From positions 1 to 48,397 of the forward strand of contig JAKURQ010000005.1 in assembly GCA_022449785.1 (NCBI GenBank): DNA of 48,397 bases. The letters are read 5' to 3'. Numbering within the stretch: position 1 is the first letter of the stretch; every line of letters begins with the position of its first letter. Made by a program: the position numbers and the translations under genes. Below, one piece after another: positions 25,953 to 36,471 of this stretch. The DNA comes from Candidatus Poseidoniia archaeon. GTDB lineage: Archaea > Thermoplasmatota > Poseidoniia > MGIII > CG-Epi1. The notes below the pieces were generated by a model that saw only the letters and a program-made list of their open reading frames with translations, was not told the DNA's origin and made no database searches.

Positions 25953-28900
25953 ATACTTGCCTCCAGAGATGCAATTAAACTCATTCCAGGTTCTGGAAGG
26001 ATGTAATGTTTTTCATCTTGCCCCAATTCAGTATCCATTCCATTTTTCTGTACTCCTAACCAAGTAGGTAGAATGTGATGATCAGCTACGCTTTTTACAC
26101 GCAAATCCATCATTACAGCAGATGTTTCCAATTCTATAGGGCCTATTTTCAAATTCCCGCCTATAGCAAACGATAGCTCTCCACCCCTTGCATTTGCTAA
26201 TTCAAATACAGGATAAAGACCAAAAATCTGGTTAGGAATGATTTCAACATGCTCTACATCGTTTGCATGAATTATCATATAATCAAGGTAAAATTGAGGA
26301 GTGGCAGGAGAATTTGTAGCTCTCAGATATGCATTTTCAATACCATTTGGAGCATCAATTATGTAATTAATTCCTTCTAACCTCATAGTAGTATTATCTC
26401 CTACATTCGTAACATCAATGAAAGTACCTGAATGCCCTCCAGTAAATCCTTCTTCAACCATAAGTGTAACATCAATTTCTGAGGAACTAGTTGTAACAAA
26501 TACATCAGGGAATCCTTGGAAAACGAATGATTTATCCATGTCGAATTCATAATTTGGATTAATACCCATATGGAATTTTTCTGAGACATCATGAACAATG
26601 GCTTGTGCAGAGCGCCAGTCTCCATAATCCTTATTTGCTGTTTTCACCCAAATATAATCAACTCTCCCTTCAGCTTCATAGATTATATCTATTTGTTTTC
26701 CAAAAATAATATCGGCCCGTAAATCTTTTGGAATTTCTGAGAAATAAATCTCATTGTAAGAATTTCCAGATTGGTTATGAGTTTTAAGATATGAATTGCC
26801 CATTCCTCCAGTTTGTTTAACATCGAATATGGCATCTAAATCACGATCTTGACTTTTACCAATATTGAAGTATGCATCAATATTGTTGTTAATCCCTACT
26901 TCATCTAGGAAGAGTTCAATTGCAGTTTCATTTCTTCCTCGATCTAAGTCAAGATAAATCCATTCAGTTACAGGCGACCAGTCACCTAATTTTAGATTAA
27001 TAATGTCTGGTTCACCAAAATCGGTGTCAAGTATTGCAGAGGTTACTGTCCCTTCTAGATACAAACGCAGTGCATCACCTTGATCATTCTGCCTTAAAAC
27101 AATTCCGTGTGTCCATGCCAGATCCATTCCAGATACATTTCCTGAATCAAGACTTAGTATGACCCTTGATGGGGCTTCAGATGCATTGAAATTCACTCCT
27201 ATTTGATCACCTAAACTAACATCTAGATTAATGACTTCAGGTACGTCAGGCACAGCCAATTCAAGTTTACTCATTGAGCTTTTATCTTCTACAGCAGCGT
27301 ATACGGAACCTAATGGTTTATTTGATTTGAATGTTACATTGCCAACCAATGAAGATTCTTCTGCTGTTTTACCTCCTGTTCGTTCACTATCATCTAAGAA
27401 TACTGAGGCATTAAGATCAAAATTGTCTGGCAAGTCATCTATTCTCAATAGTATACTCTTATTGGCAAAATTATTCACATCAACCAATAGTCGATTCATA
27501 GCAGGAACATCATTGTTAAAATCCTCTAACTTAATGTCTAATTTTGTCCCTTCATCTTCAGGATCCCACAATTTAACACCAATATTCGGAGAAATTCCTC
27601 TAATGTATCCTTTCATGTTCATTCCGCCTTCATCAGACATGTCAAGAGTGATTCCTTCAGTCCAATATGTTTCTAATCCTTCAGTATCTCCCAACTCAAT
27701 TTCAATTGCAACAAGATCAATAGCTTGATTTGAATTTATTTCAAAATCTAATAAATCATCTTTAATGTCCATTTGTACTTCCATATTTCCAGGTAAATTT
27801 GGAACAAAAGCTTCTATTCGGTAAGGATTTTCTTCTTCAAATTGTTCAATTACTAAGTAAACAGGACCAACCTGTTTGTTTGTATTCATTGTTAAATTTC
27901 CTTTAAGAGTTAAATTTTCAACAGTAGCATTGAGAGTTAAATCAGCATTAAGTGTTAAATCCAGACCAACGGGTATATCTTCAACAAATGCAGTTACTTT
28001 TGGACCAATAATTCCCTCTTCTTGGAATATAATATATTCAGCAGTGTCTCTAGCATTAAAATCCTCAAGTTCTAGTTCTAAATCTATTTTGTCGCCTCTT
28101 GAAGTGTAATTTGCATCAACAGACTGAGGTAATCCTTTCAGTAGTAGCCTTGCTCCAAGAATGGTTCCTCCTTCAACATCTTTTTGACTAGACCAAAGAC
28201 CTTCCACCCATCGAGGTTCTTCATCTAATAATTCTATGTTTCCTTTATCAACCCATGCAGTTACTGAAACTTCTTCATCTATATTGTAGAGGAATCTTGC
28301 AACAGTTTCAAATGATTCTACATTTGTAACTAAATTAACAGACAAACCTGCAACAGTATCTACCAAAGCCTTGCCAACATCAGATAGAGCTTCTATAAAT
28401 CTAGCAACATCTCTTAAGTCATTCACCTCTCCTACGTCACCCCCAATCACAGTATTAGCATCAAGCATAGGAACTGTTACAATAATTTCAGCAGGCAATG
28501 TGTCAACAAATACATAGGCATCAAGTCCTTGATAATCTTCCTCATAAATGGTGTCATCTATTGCTCCCACTTTGAATTGAACTGGTTGTTTATGGTTAAT
28601 TTTGAAATCTGCCAATTCTCCACTTCCATCATCATCGAGCCTCAGTGATTGCAACCAGCTCAAATTACCTGATAAACTTGCAGTTTCATTTTGAGCCCCC
28701 ATATTATTCTGATAAAGCATTACAGAACTGCCATTGTATTGAGAATGATTCCATACCCAAGAAGTAGCTTTCCCATCTTCAGTAGCATTTGTTATTGCAA
28801 AAGTGAAATTAAACCAACTATCTGTGATTAGTCTTAGATTGCCAGATGAACTAACTATTTCAGCAGAACCAGGCAAGTGTTCTAACTTAAGTCTAGAGTA

Positions 28901-31366
28901 AATTCCACTTGCAAAACTTGTAAAAATTATATTGTCAATTATTTCATTAGCTTCGCTTCCACCAGCATAATTTAAATTTCCATTATCAACATTCAGAGTA
29001 ATATTACTAGGTATGTTGCTCAGAGTGATATTGGCCCAATGAGTAGTATCTCCTGCGTTATCAATTCCTTCAAAATAAACTCTAAATGGCTTATCTCTAT
29101 TTGGATCCATTGCTAATGAGATATTTGTAATTCCTTCTCTTGAAAAGAAGTCAATATCTCCTATGTCCGTGATTCTAGCACTGAAACTATAATCTTCATT
29201 TTTTGAGGAAATCGCAGATCTAAAATCAGGAGCGTTAGAATTCAAGTATGCAGATTCGTTATATATTGCAAAGAAATCGTCTTCGCTTCCATCCTTCAAA
29301 TCTAAATATTTGTCACTAGTTAAAAACACAAATAAGTCTTTGAGGTATACTGGTTCGTTTTGTCTATTTCGCATTCGTATCGCAACTTCACCATCACCTT
29401 CACCTATTGTTGATTGAAGAACTGCTTGAGGGATAGAGCGTAACAAATCCCCAACATACACAATTCTTCCAGCTAAACCTAACAAAATATCACTAATAAA
29501 TGCCCCCACTAATGAACTGTCTAGGCTTGTTTCATCGTCATTTACTGGGATTGTTGAACCGCCTGTTTCATCTAATTTTAGGTTACCTTCAAGAACTAAG
29601 CTTTCCGGTAAATCACTAATTTCAAGACCTGTGAATAATTTATAATCATGATCGGACCAAGTTGCACTTCGTCCATCTTCTGTATAATATTCGTAGTCTC
29701 CATAAACTATGGACTCAACACTTTCAGTTGCATGAAATTCAATCACAGTCCAGTTCTTTTCAGGAGTTGATTCATTCCGAACTTCTAACCATAGTGATGC
29801 TTCAGGCATATTTAATTCATCTAAACATACTTCATTTCCAGACAAATCAATACTACAAACAGGTACTCCTGTTACATCAGCTACGATATGCGAAAGGAAA
29901 GAATCCGTCCCATCATCAGGTTTTAGATTTGCTTCATAATACTGGAAAAACAAATCAAATTTCTTATTTGCTTCGTTAGGATTTGTTGTTTCTGCGGGTG
30001 GTGCATATAATTCAATTGAATCTCTATCTACTCCATTCTTATTCTCTGCAACAATTCGCACTTTTAATTCATCAGGGACTTTGCCTCTTGGATTTTCCAA
30101 ATCAACTTTGATAAATGTTGTTTCTTCAAGTGCATCACCCGGGTTAATTGTAGTTCCACTGCTCCAGTTATATTTCAGATAGCCTATTGCAATTTCAAGA
30201 GAGTCAATTCCATTATTGAATGGATTATTAGTATCATTATTCATCGAAACTGAAATTTCATAAGGAGCATTTACGTAATCTACATCTCCTGGATTTAATC
30301 CAATTCCTCCCCCGTCAGGCCCTATTGTGAATATAAATTCTTCAATTACTACTGTTAAGCTATATTCTTCAGGTACTTCATTTGCAGGAAATTGTGTGTT
30401 GACACCCCATACATAGGTTTGGTCATCATTATCTTCATTTTGATATGTTATACCTCTTACAATAGCCACGTCTAAAGTTTGATTTAAATCTTGTAATTCC
30501 TCGAATTCAAAAGCAATTCCAACATTAGCCTCTAATCCCACATCTCCATCAATTGGATTTACATCTGTCTGGTCATTAATCAGATCATTGATTACAGGTA
30601 CAAGTCTTGCACGTATTTCATCCTCACCATCTTCATCTACATCAATATTGACCCATGCAGCGTCCCCTTCATCTAAGGCATTGACAAATGTCAGGATAAA
30701 TTGTGCAACAATATTCTCTAGACCCAATGATTCTACCCATGCAGCTATTATTGCTGTTGAGGCACCCCATATTGTAGAGGCTAAATTCGCTTCAACAACA
30801 CCTTCTTCACAAGGCGCATCAGGAGGTGCTTCATCCCCACATCCACTTACATCAATAGTCCCATTCCCATTAGCATCATATGCCCAGTAAATCAGATAAG
30901 TTTCTGTAAAAATTGATAGAGCCGTTCCAAGAAATGAGTCTTGGTAAAGATCAGCATCATTCGTCATAGTGTTGATAATATCGGCTTTTATTGGTTCAGG
31001 ATCATTTACGGCAGTAGGTTCTAATCCTCGATTTGCGTAGTCATAAACTACTGTTTCATAATCATTGATGTCAGCTACTACATTCTCGCTTTCATCTTTG
31101 TTATTCATCGAAACTTCTCTGGCTTCAAGTAAAGATAAATCTAGTTCGTTTCCTTCATGAATTGATCTAAGGAAGTTCAATTCATCAATCACAGTTTTGT
31201 TTATTTCATCATTTCTTTGATTTACACTCTGGAAAAAAGTATCAAGTTCTTGTGCAGTTCCATAATTAGCCTCAAGATTGTTTGGACCTGTTGCCGTTGG
31301 CAACAATACAACTTGAAGTACCATCATCAAAATCACCGAAATAGTGATAATCTTTTTTCGATTCAT
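25949..31366 (-). CDS. giant (~1800 aa) secreted acidic beta-repeat protein
   Basis: Signal peptide MNRKKIITISVILMM (start 31366 preferred), DxNxxG/DxDxDG motifs, recurring hydrophobic-x-x-[LIV]P-x-x-hydrophobic motif. Confidence 0.85.
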   Translation of the reverse strand: MNRKKIITISVILMMVLQVVLLPTATGPNNLEANYGTAQELDTFFQSVNQRNDEINKTVIDELNFLRSIHEGNELDLSLLEAREVSMNNKDESENVVADINDYETVVYDYANRGLEPTAVNDPEPIKADIINTMTNDADLYQDSFLGTALSIFTETYLIYWAYDANGNGTIDVSGCGDEAPPDAPCEEGVVEANLASTIWGASTAIIAAWVESLGLENIVAQFILTFVNALDEGDAAWVNIDVDEDGEDEIRARLVPVINDLINDQTDVNPIDGDVGLEANVGIAFEFEELQDLNQTLDVAIVRGITYQNEDNDDQTYVWGVNTQFPANEVPEEYSLTVVIEEFIFTIGPDGGGIGLNPGDVDYVNAPYEISVSMNNDTNNPFNNGIDSLEIAIGYLKYNWSSGTTINPGDALEETTFIKVDLENPRGKVPDELKVRIVAENKNGVDRDSIELYAPPAETTNPNEANKKFDLFFQYYEANLKPDDGTDSFLSHIVADVTGVPVCSIDLSGNEVCLDELNMPEASLWLEVRNESTPEKNWTVIEFHATESVESIVYGDYEYYTEDGRSATWSDHDYKLFTGLEISDLPESLVLEGNLKLDETGGSTIPVNDDETSLDSSLVGAFISDILLGLAGRIVYVGDLLRSIPQAVLQSTIGEGDGEVAIRMRNRQNEPVYLKDLFVFLTSDKYLDLKDGSEDDFFAIYNESAYLNSNAPDFRSAISSKNEDYSFSARITDIGDIDFFSREGITNISLAMDPNRDKPFRVYFEGIDNAGDTTHWANITLSNIPSNITLNVDNGNLNYAGGSEANEIIDNIIFTSFASGIYSRLKLEHLPGSAEIVSSSGNLRLITDSWFNFTFAITNATEDGKATSWVWNHSQYNGSSVMLYQNNMGAQNETASLSGNLSWLQSLRLDDDGSGELADFKINHKQPVQFKVGAIDDTIYEEDYQGLDAYVFVDTLPAEIIVTVPMLDANTVIGGDVGEVNDLRDVARFIEALSDVGKALVDTVAGLSVNLVTNVESFETVARFLYNIDEEVSVTAWVDKGNIELLDEEPRWVEGLWSSQKDVEGGTILGARLLLKGLPQSVDANYTSRGDKIDLELELEDFNARDTAEYIIFQEEGIIGPKVTAFVEDIPVGLDLTLNADLTLNATVENLTLKGNLTMNTNKQVGPVYLVIEQFEEENPYRIEAFVPNLPGNMEVQMDIKDDLLDFEINSNQAIDLVAIEIELGDTEGLETYWTEGITLDMSDEGGMNMKGYIRGISPNIGVKLWDPEDEGTKLDIKLEDFNNDVPAMNRLLVDVNNFANKSILLRIDDLPDNFDLNASVFLDDSERTGGKTAEESSLVGNVTFKSNKPLGSVYAAVEDKSSMSKLELAVPDVPEVINLDVSLGDQIGVNFNASEAPSRVILSLDSGNVSGMDLAWTHGIVLRQNDQGDALRLYLEGTVTSAILDTDFGEPDIINLKLGDWSPVTEWIYLDLDRGRNETAIELFLDEVGINNNIDAYFNIGKSQDRDLDAIFDVKQTGGMGNSYLKTHNQSGNSYNEIYFSEIPKDLRADIIFGKQIDIIYEAEGRVDYIWVKTANKDYGDWRSAQAIVHDVSEKFHMGINPNYEFDMDKSFVFQGFPDVFVTTSSSEIDVTLMVEEGFTGGHSGTFIDVTNVGDNTTMRLEGINYIIDAPNGIENAYLRATNSPATPQFYLDYMIIHANDVEHVEIIPNQIFGLYPVFELANARGGELSFAIGGNLKIGPIELETSAVMMDLRVKSVADHHILPTWLGVQKNGMDTELGQDEKHYILPEPGMSLIASLEASI

Positions 31367-31447
31367 TACTTTGAATGATGATATCTTCATTATTATTATT
31401 GAGAAACCATCTCTATAAATAAGGTTATTAGGCAAAATAATAGATGG

Positions 31448-31457
31448 TTTTTATATA
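31448..31457 (+). promoter_or_regulatory. TATA box of the ftsZ operon
   Basis: TTTTTATATA ends 23 nt upstream of ATG 31480, consistent with a leaderless transcript. Confidence 0.6.
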
Positions 31458-31479
31458 GTGAATCATTTACAATGTGAAA

Positions 31480-32571
31480 ATGAGCGACGAGCCTTTACAA
31501 GATATCATCGCAGATGATGGTGCTTTTCAAGGGGAAACCGATGAGAGTGAATTAGAGGCTTTAGTATCTAAATTAAAGACAAATATTTTGATAATAGGCA
31601 GCGGTGGAGCTGGTAATAATACATTAACTAGACTTTACAAAGAAGGTATGACTGCAATTGAACTTCTAGCAGTTAACACAGATGCTCAACATTTGCTCAA
31701 TACACCTATTCCTCATAGAATGCTAATTGGTAAAAAATTAACTAGAGGATTAGGCGCAGGCTCAGAACCGAGTGTTGGTGAAGGTGCAGCAGAAGAAGCA
31801 CGTTTAGACCTCCTTGAAGCTTGTCAAGATGCAGATATTGTTTTTCTGACTGGTGGTCTTGGAGGTGGCACTGGCACAGGTTCACTTCCAGTCTTAGCTA
31901 AAATAGCAAAGGAACGAGGTGCATTGACTATTGCAATAGTCACCCTTCCATTTGGCAATGAAGGTGCTCGACGTAATCGAAATGCAAGATTAGGCTTAGA
32001 GAAGTTGCGCAAGTCAGCAGATACAGTTATTGTTATCCCTAATGATAAATTACTTCAAGATAATATAGCAAATTTACCTTTAAACACTGCTTTTAGACAA
32101 GCAGACGAAATTTTGGGTAATGCAATAAGATGTATGACTGAAATTACTTCTCAGGGAGGTTTGGTCAATATTGATTTTGCAGATATGAGATCTATCATGG
32201 ATGGCGGAGGAGTAGCCATGATTGGAATGGGTGAAGGACAAGGCACTAATCGTGCATCAGATGCAGTTATTGCAGCTTTGACTTCTCCATTATTAGAAAT
32301 AGATATTGCAGCTTCTGAGGGAGCGCTTGTAAATGTCACTGGTGGAGATGATATGACACTACAAGAAGCGCATGAAGTTGTGAAAGAAGTACATAGTAAG
32401 ATTAATAAAGATGCCCGAATCATTTGGGGAGCTTCGATAGATTCTACTCTCGAGCATCAAATACGAGTGATGCTCGTAGTTACTGGTGTCAAATCTCCTC
32501 AGATATTGGGACCGCCGTCGGGAGTGGATGATGGGTTGCAAAATAGATACGGCATAGAGTTCGTACAATAA
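31480..32571 (+). CDS. ftsZ: cell division GTPase FtsZ
   Basis: [28 protein letters not shown]. Confidence 0.98.
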   Translation: MSDEPLQDIIADDGAFQGETDESELEALVSKLKTNILIIGSGGAGNNTLTRLYKEGMTAIELLAVNTDAQHLLNTPIPHRMLIGKKLTRGLGAGSEPSVGEGAAEEARLDLLEACQDADIVFLTGGLGGGTGTGSLPVLAKIAKERGALTIAIVTLPFGNEGARRNRNARLGLEKLRKSADTVIVIPNDKLLQDNIANLPLNTAFRQADEILGNAIRCMTEITSQGGLVNIDFADMRSIMDGGGVAMIGMGEGQGTNRASDAVIAALTSPLLEIDIAASEGALVNVTGGDDMTLQEAHEVVKEVHSKINKDARIIWGASIDSTLEHQIRVMLVVTGVKSPQILGPPSGVDDGLQNRYGIEFVQ

Positions 32572-32575
32572 ACGC

Positions 32576-32815
32576 ATGAGTTTCATAGAAAAAGTATGGC
32601 AAACGCAACATAAGCTTGAGGAACGTTTCAAGCGAATAGGTAGGGGTCAGTATGGCCGTGTTTTACGTTTAGCACGTAAACCAACTACTGATGAGTTTGT
32701 TAAGAGTTCATGGGTAGTAGGTATAGGGATTGCAATTATTGGTTTCATTGGTTTTGTTGTCTATTATATTTGGCTTAAAGCACCACCTATTGTAGCAGAT
32801 TTATTAGGAATTTAG
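32576..32815 (+). CDS. secE: protein translocase SecE/Sec61-gamma
   Basis: YGRVLRLARKPTTDEF + TM; canonical position between ftsZ and spt5. Confidence 0.95.
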   Translation: MSFIEKVWQTQHKLEERFKRIGRGQYGRVLRLARKPTTDEFVKSSWVVGIGIAIIGFIGFVVYYIWLKAPPIVADLLGI

Positions 32816-32819
32816 AAAC

Positions 32820-33374
32820 ATGGCAAGATTCATCGAAGAAGAAGAAAATGATGTTGAAGCTCCAACAGAGCCGTCTTCAGATACGAAGATATACACAATG
32901 AAATCACAAATTGGACATGAGAGAACGGCAAGTGAAAGATTAGCTGACAGAGTAAGGAGAAGTGGAGCTCCAATCTTTTCAATTCTTGCACCTTCTAAAT
33001 TGAGAGGATATATTTTTGTTGAAACAGATAGCCCTGAGGCACTTAGAGACAATCTCAAAGGCTTGACACATGCCAGGGGAATGGTCATGAATAAGGGAAA
33101 AGGATATGGACGTTCTAAAGAACCTGATACTTTTGGAACTACTAGTTTGGAAGAATTAAAACCACATCTTACACCACCTCCTGCAGTTTCAGGTATTGAA
33201 GAAGGAAACATCGTTGAAGTTATTTCAGGTCCTTTCAAGGGTGAAAAAGCCCGTGTTCAACGTATAGATCAGTCAAAAGAAGAAGTTACAGTTGAACTAT
33301 TCGAAGCAATGGTACCAATTCCAATTACAGTACGTGGAGATCACGTTAGAGTTTTAGAAAAAGAGGTTAATTAA
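32820..33374 (+). CDS. spt5: transcription elongation factor Spt5 (NusG)
   Basis: LRGYIFVE; KOW motif VEVISGPFKGEKARV; PIPITV. Confidence 0.96.
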   Translation: MARFIEEEENDVEAPTEPSSDTKIYTMKSQIGHERTASERLADRVRRSGAPIFSILAPSKLRGYIFVETDSPEALRDNLKGLTHARGMVMNKGKGYGRSKEPDTFGTTSLEELKPHLTPPPAVSGIEEGNIVEVISGPFKGEKARVQRIDQSKEEVTVELFEAMVPIPITVRGDHVRVLEKEVN

Positions 33375-33844
33375 TGGCAGAAACAGTTGAAGCATTAGTT
33401 GATGCCGGTAAGGCATCTGCAGGTCCACCATTAGGTCCATCTTTAGGGCCATCCGGTGTAAATGTTAAAGAAGTGATAGATCAAATTAATTCCAAAACTA
33501 AGGATATGGAAGGTATGCAAGTACCTGTAAAAGTCAAAGTTGAGGATGACAAGAGTTTCACAATTGAAGTAGGTACTCCTCCTGCATCATCACTAATTAA
33601 ACAAATACTAAATATTGAAAAAGGTTCAGGAGAAGCAGGCTCAGTAGTTGCAGCAGATTTACCACTAGAAAAAGCAATAAAAGTTGCTAAGCAAAAAGGT
33701 CCTGGATTAACTGGTGGAGACATCAAAGCCATGACTTCGGAAATTCTTGGTGTTGCAAAATCAATGGGTTTGACTTGTGAAGAAAAAGATCCTAAGGAAA
33801 TTCAAGCATCAATAAAGTCTGGTTCTTTAGACGACCGTTTTTAA
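33374..33844 (+). CDS. rpl11: 50S ribosomal protein uL11
   Basis: GKASAGPPLGPSLGP and VGTPPASSLIK. Confidence 0.97.
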   Translation: MAETVEALVDAGKASAGPPLGPSLGPSGVNVKEVIDQINSKTKDMEGMQVPVKVKVEDDKSFTIEVGTPPASSLIKQILNIEKGSGEAGSVVAADLPLEKAIKVAKQKGPGLTGGDIKAMTSEILGVAKSMGLTCEEKDPKEIQASIKSGSLDDRF

Positions 33845-34303
33845 TTATAGAAAATTAATATTTTCTTCATCTATCTTGCGGCCACAGTAGGTGCATTGAA
33901 TCTGTATAGATTTATTATCCACAAGACTAAAGTTAGAGGTTGCACCTCTTTCATTGTTACATATACAGTTTTCATTTGGACATTGAACAACATCAGAAAT
34001 AAATTCAGGAATATCAACTATTTTCTTGTCAGCCACAGCATAGTTTCTGATAATATTGACACGTGCGCTAGGAGATAGTAGGGCTAATTTTTCTATTTCA
34101 TTTTCGTCCAATTCTCGATCTTCTACTTTGATAATATCCTTTCGCTTCTGTTTTTTACTTTGAACATTTATGAGCAGACTAATGGTAGTCCCACTATTGC
34201 CTAATTCCAAAATGTCTAAAATTTTCCTTCCCCTTCCAGCTTCGATGTGATCTATTACTGTTCCATTTCGTATAGGTTGAACTTTCAATAAATTTCCACT
34301 CAT
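33845..34303 (-). CDS. pyrI: aspartate carbamoyltransferase regulatory chain
   Basis: IRNGTVIDHI, KDIIKVE, CPNENCI..CTYC zinc site. Confidence 0.97.
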   Translation of the reverse strand: MSGNLLKVQPIRNGTVIDHIEAGRGRKILDILELGNSGTTISLLINVQSKKQKRKDIIKVEDRELDENEIEKLALLSPSARVNIIRNYAVADKKIVDIPEFISDVVQCPNENCICNNERGATSNFSLVDNKSIQIQCTYCGRKIDEENINFL

Positions 34304-35208
34304 TTATTACCTCTAATCAACTTCTCAAGTAATGCCATTCTTACAGGCACCCCATTGAATGCTTGCCTAAAGTAAGCTGCATGTTTCGTATCATCAACAT
34401 CTGTCGAAATTTCACTAACTCTTGGTAGTGGATGTAAAATTTTCAACTTTGATTTTGCATTTCTTAGCAATTCTGCGTCTATTTTGTAAGCTCCTGCAAC
34501 TTTCTTGTAATCTTCTATGTCTGGAAATCTTTCTTTTTGGATTCTTGTAACATATAGTACATCTAGTTTTCCAAGTATCTTGTTTAAAGTTTCATGTGTT
34601 GACCATTTGTTCTCTAATTCATCAGTAACGTGTTCAGGCATAGACAAACTTTCAGGAGATATAAAGAAGAATCGAGTCTTGAATCTATCAAGGGCTTGTG
34701 ACAGCGAGTGTACGGTCCTTCCATACCTTAAATCCCCTAGCATTCCAACTTTTAGGCCTTCTAATTTTCCAACTTCTTCTTTTATTGTAAAGAGATCCAA
34801 TAATGTTTGTGTAGGATGTTGTCCAGCTCCATCACCACCATTGATGATAGGGACATCAGAAACTTCTGATGCTAATTTAGCAGAACCTTCTCTAGGATGC
34901 CGAAGCACTACCGCATCTGAATATCCAGCCACCATTCGTATTGCATCCGAAAGTGTTTCGCCTTTTAGATGTGAAGTTGCAGAAGGGTCTGCAAATCCGA
35001 TACAACTTCCTCCTAATCTTTGCATTGCACTTTCAAAAGATAATCTAGTTCTAGTTGAGGGTTCAAAGAAACAAGTTGCAAGAATTTTCCCATCTAAAGT
35101 CTTAGATTTCTTATTGCCTTTAGCCACTGGCAACAGTTCCTTTGCACGCTTCAGAATGCCCATGATGCTTTTTTTGTCTAAATCTTCTATGGACACTATG
35201 TGCTTCAT
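34300..35208 (-). CDS. pyrB: aspartate carbamoyltransferase catalytic chain
   Basis: FFEPSTRTRLSF, HPTQTLLD, RIQKER, HPLPR. Confidence 0.98.
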   Translation of the reverse strand: MKHIVSIEDLDKKSIMGILKRAKELLPVAKGNKKSKTLDGKILATCFFEPSTRTRLSFESAMQRLGGSCIGFADPSATSHLKGETLSDAIRMVAGYSDAVVLRHPREGSAKLASEVSDVPIINGGDGAGQHPTQTLLDLFTIKEEVGKLEGLKVGMLGDLRYGRTVHSLSQALDRFKTRFFFISPESLSMPEHVTDELENKWSTHETLNKILGKLDVLYVTRIQKERFPDIEDYKKVAGAYKIDAELLRNAKSKLKILHPLPRVSEISTDVDDTKHAAYFRQAFNGVPVRMALLEKLIRGNK

Positions 35209-35284
35209 GGCCTGCTAACGAAGGGGGTTTTTTAAATTGGCTAATGCCATTTAAATTAAGACCAACACCTCTATAAAGAGGATT

Positions 35285-35300
35285 TTTAGTCTACCCTAAA
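35285..35300. promoter_or_regulatory. putative DtxR-type operator upstream of YbaN-like gene
   Basis: TTTAGTctacCCTAAA has one mismatch to TTTAGG-N4-CCTAAA; an extra TTAGG half-site lies at 35306-35310. Confidence 0.65.
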
Positions 35301-35325
35301 TTTACTTAGGAGTCAGTAATTAATT

Positions 35326-35808
35326 TTGAAAACTTTCCAGACAGTCGATGAAATTGTAGAGCATTATTTCTCTTCTAGCAGTCCCTTCAAGAGTAAAATT
35401 TATTCAGCTCTAGGTTCACTTTTTGTTGTTTTTGCAATTATAGGCATTTGGATTCCAGGATGGCCTACAGTTTCTTGGGCCGTTCCAGCAGCCTTCTTAT
35501 TTTCACTATCTAGTGAAAAATTGTTTAGGTGGACTCTCACTAATGATTATTTTGGCCCTGCATTGTTTAGATACTATGCAACAGGAAAAACACTTCCATA
35601 CCATGTTAAGTTGATTATAGCAGGATTTATTTTTTCCATGTCTAGTGCCTCAGCCTATTTTGTTTGGTTTGTTTCAACCAAAGGAAATGGTGACTTAATG
35701 AGTCCATCTTCTTGGGATGGTGCAGACCCTGGTTTTGGTGCAGGAACAATTCTTTTTGTAGGTCTTATTGGCATTTGGTATGTTTTACTTCAAGTTAAAT
35801 CAAGATAA
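35326..35808 (+). CDS. YbaN/DUF454 family membrane protein
   Basis: IGIWIPGWPTVSW...FSLSSEKLFRW...YFGPAL resembles YbaN G..LP.LPT.PF...F.RSS..F..W...FG. Confidence 0.8.
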   Translation: MKTFQTVDEIVEHYFSSSSPFKSKIYSALGSLFVVFAIIGIWIPGWPTVSWAVPAAFLFSLSSEKLFRWTLTNDYFGPALFRYYATGKTLPYHVKLIIAGFIFSMSSASAYFVWFVSTKGNGDLMSPSSWDGADPGFGAGTILFVGLIGIWYVLLQVKSR

Positions 35809-35850
35809 TTGTCTGTTAATTCTATAAACCCTTTACCTTATTGAAATACA

Positions 35851-36471
35851 GTGACGGAAGACAATAGAAAGCATAGACATGGAATTTACAAATTATATGC
35901 TCCAATTTATGACAGATTTATGGCGCCTTCTTTTGCAGAAGGTCATTCAAAGATGTACGCCGCTCTTAATCTAAAAAAGGACGATCACATTTTAGAAGTA
36001 GGAGTAGGAACAGGAATTTCATTAACCCACGTTCCAGAATTTGTAAAGGTAGATGCTATAGATTATAGTGAACCAATGCTCGTAAAAGCTCGTAAAAGGC
36101 AAGAAAAAGGAGATTTTGTAGCAGAAATTAATTTTCAACAAATGGATGCACACGTTCTTGAATTTGATACAGATTCCTTTGATCATTGTGTCGTTGCACA
36201 CACTTTAGCAGTAGTCGCTGAACCTGAGGTTGTTCTTAGAGAAATTGTGAGAGTCACTAAACCATCAGGTTTGATAGCTATTGTAAATCATTACAAAGAT
36301 AAAAAGGGAATAATAGGCACATTATGGAATCCTTTCAGAAAGCGATTAGGGCTTGGTAAACATGTAGATTTCAAAGATTTAATCAAAAAATGCAATTTGG
36401 AATTATTAAATGAAGAAAGAGTTAACAATTTTACGACACACACACGAATGTTAGTTTGTAAAAATCCTTAA
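35851..36471 (+). CDS. SAM methyltransferase, PmtA-like phospholipid N-methyltransferase
   Basis: Y..YAPIYD, ILEVGVGTGISL, RVTKPSG.IAIVNH. Confidence 0.7.
   Translation: MTEDNRKHRHGIYKLYAPIYDRFMAPSFAEGHSKMYAALNLKKDDHILEVGVGTGISLTHVPEFVKVDAIDYSEPMLVKARKRQEKGDFVAEINFQQMDAHVLEFDTDSFDHCVVAHTLAVVAEPEVVLREIVRVTKPSGLIAIVNHYKDKKGIIGTLWNPFRKRLGLGKHVDFKDLIKKCNLELLNEERVNNFTTHTRMLVCKNP

Noticed and set aside
34517..35218. 233-aa plus-strand ORF and similar antisense ORFs (3916, 4267, 4996, 7972, 23981, 27231, 32804, 42452, 43088 and others)
   Set aside because: Ser/Phe/Ile-rich shadows opposite well-supported genes, with no motifs.
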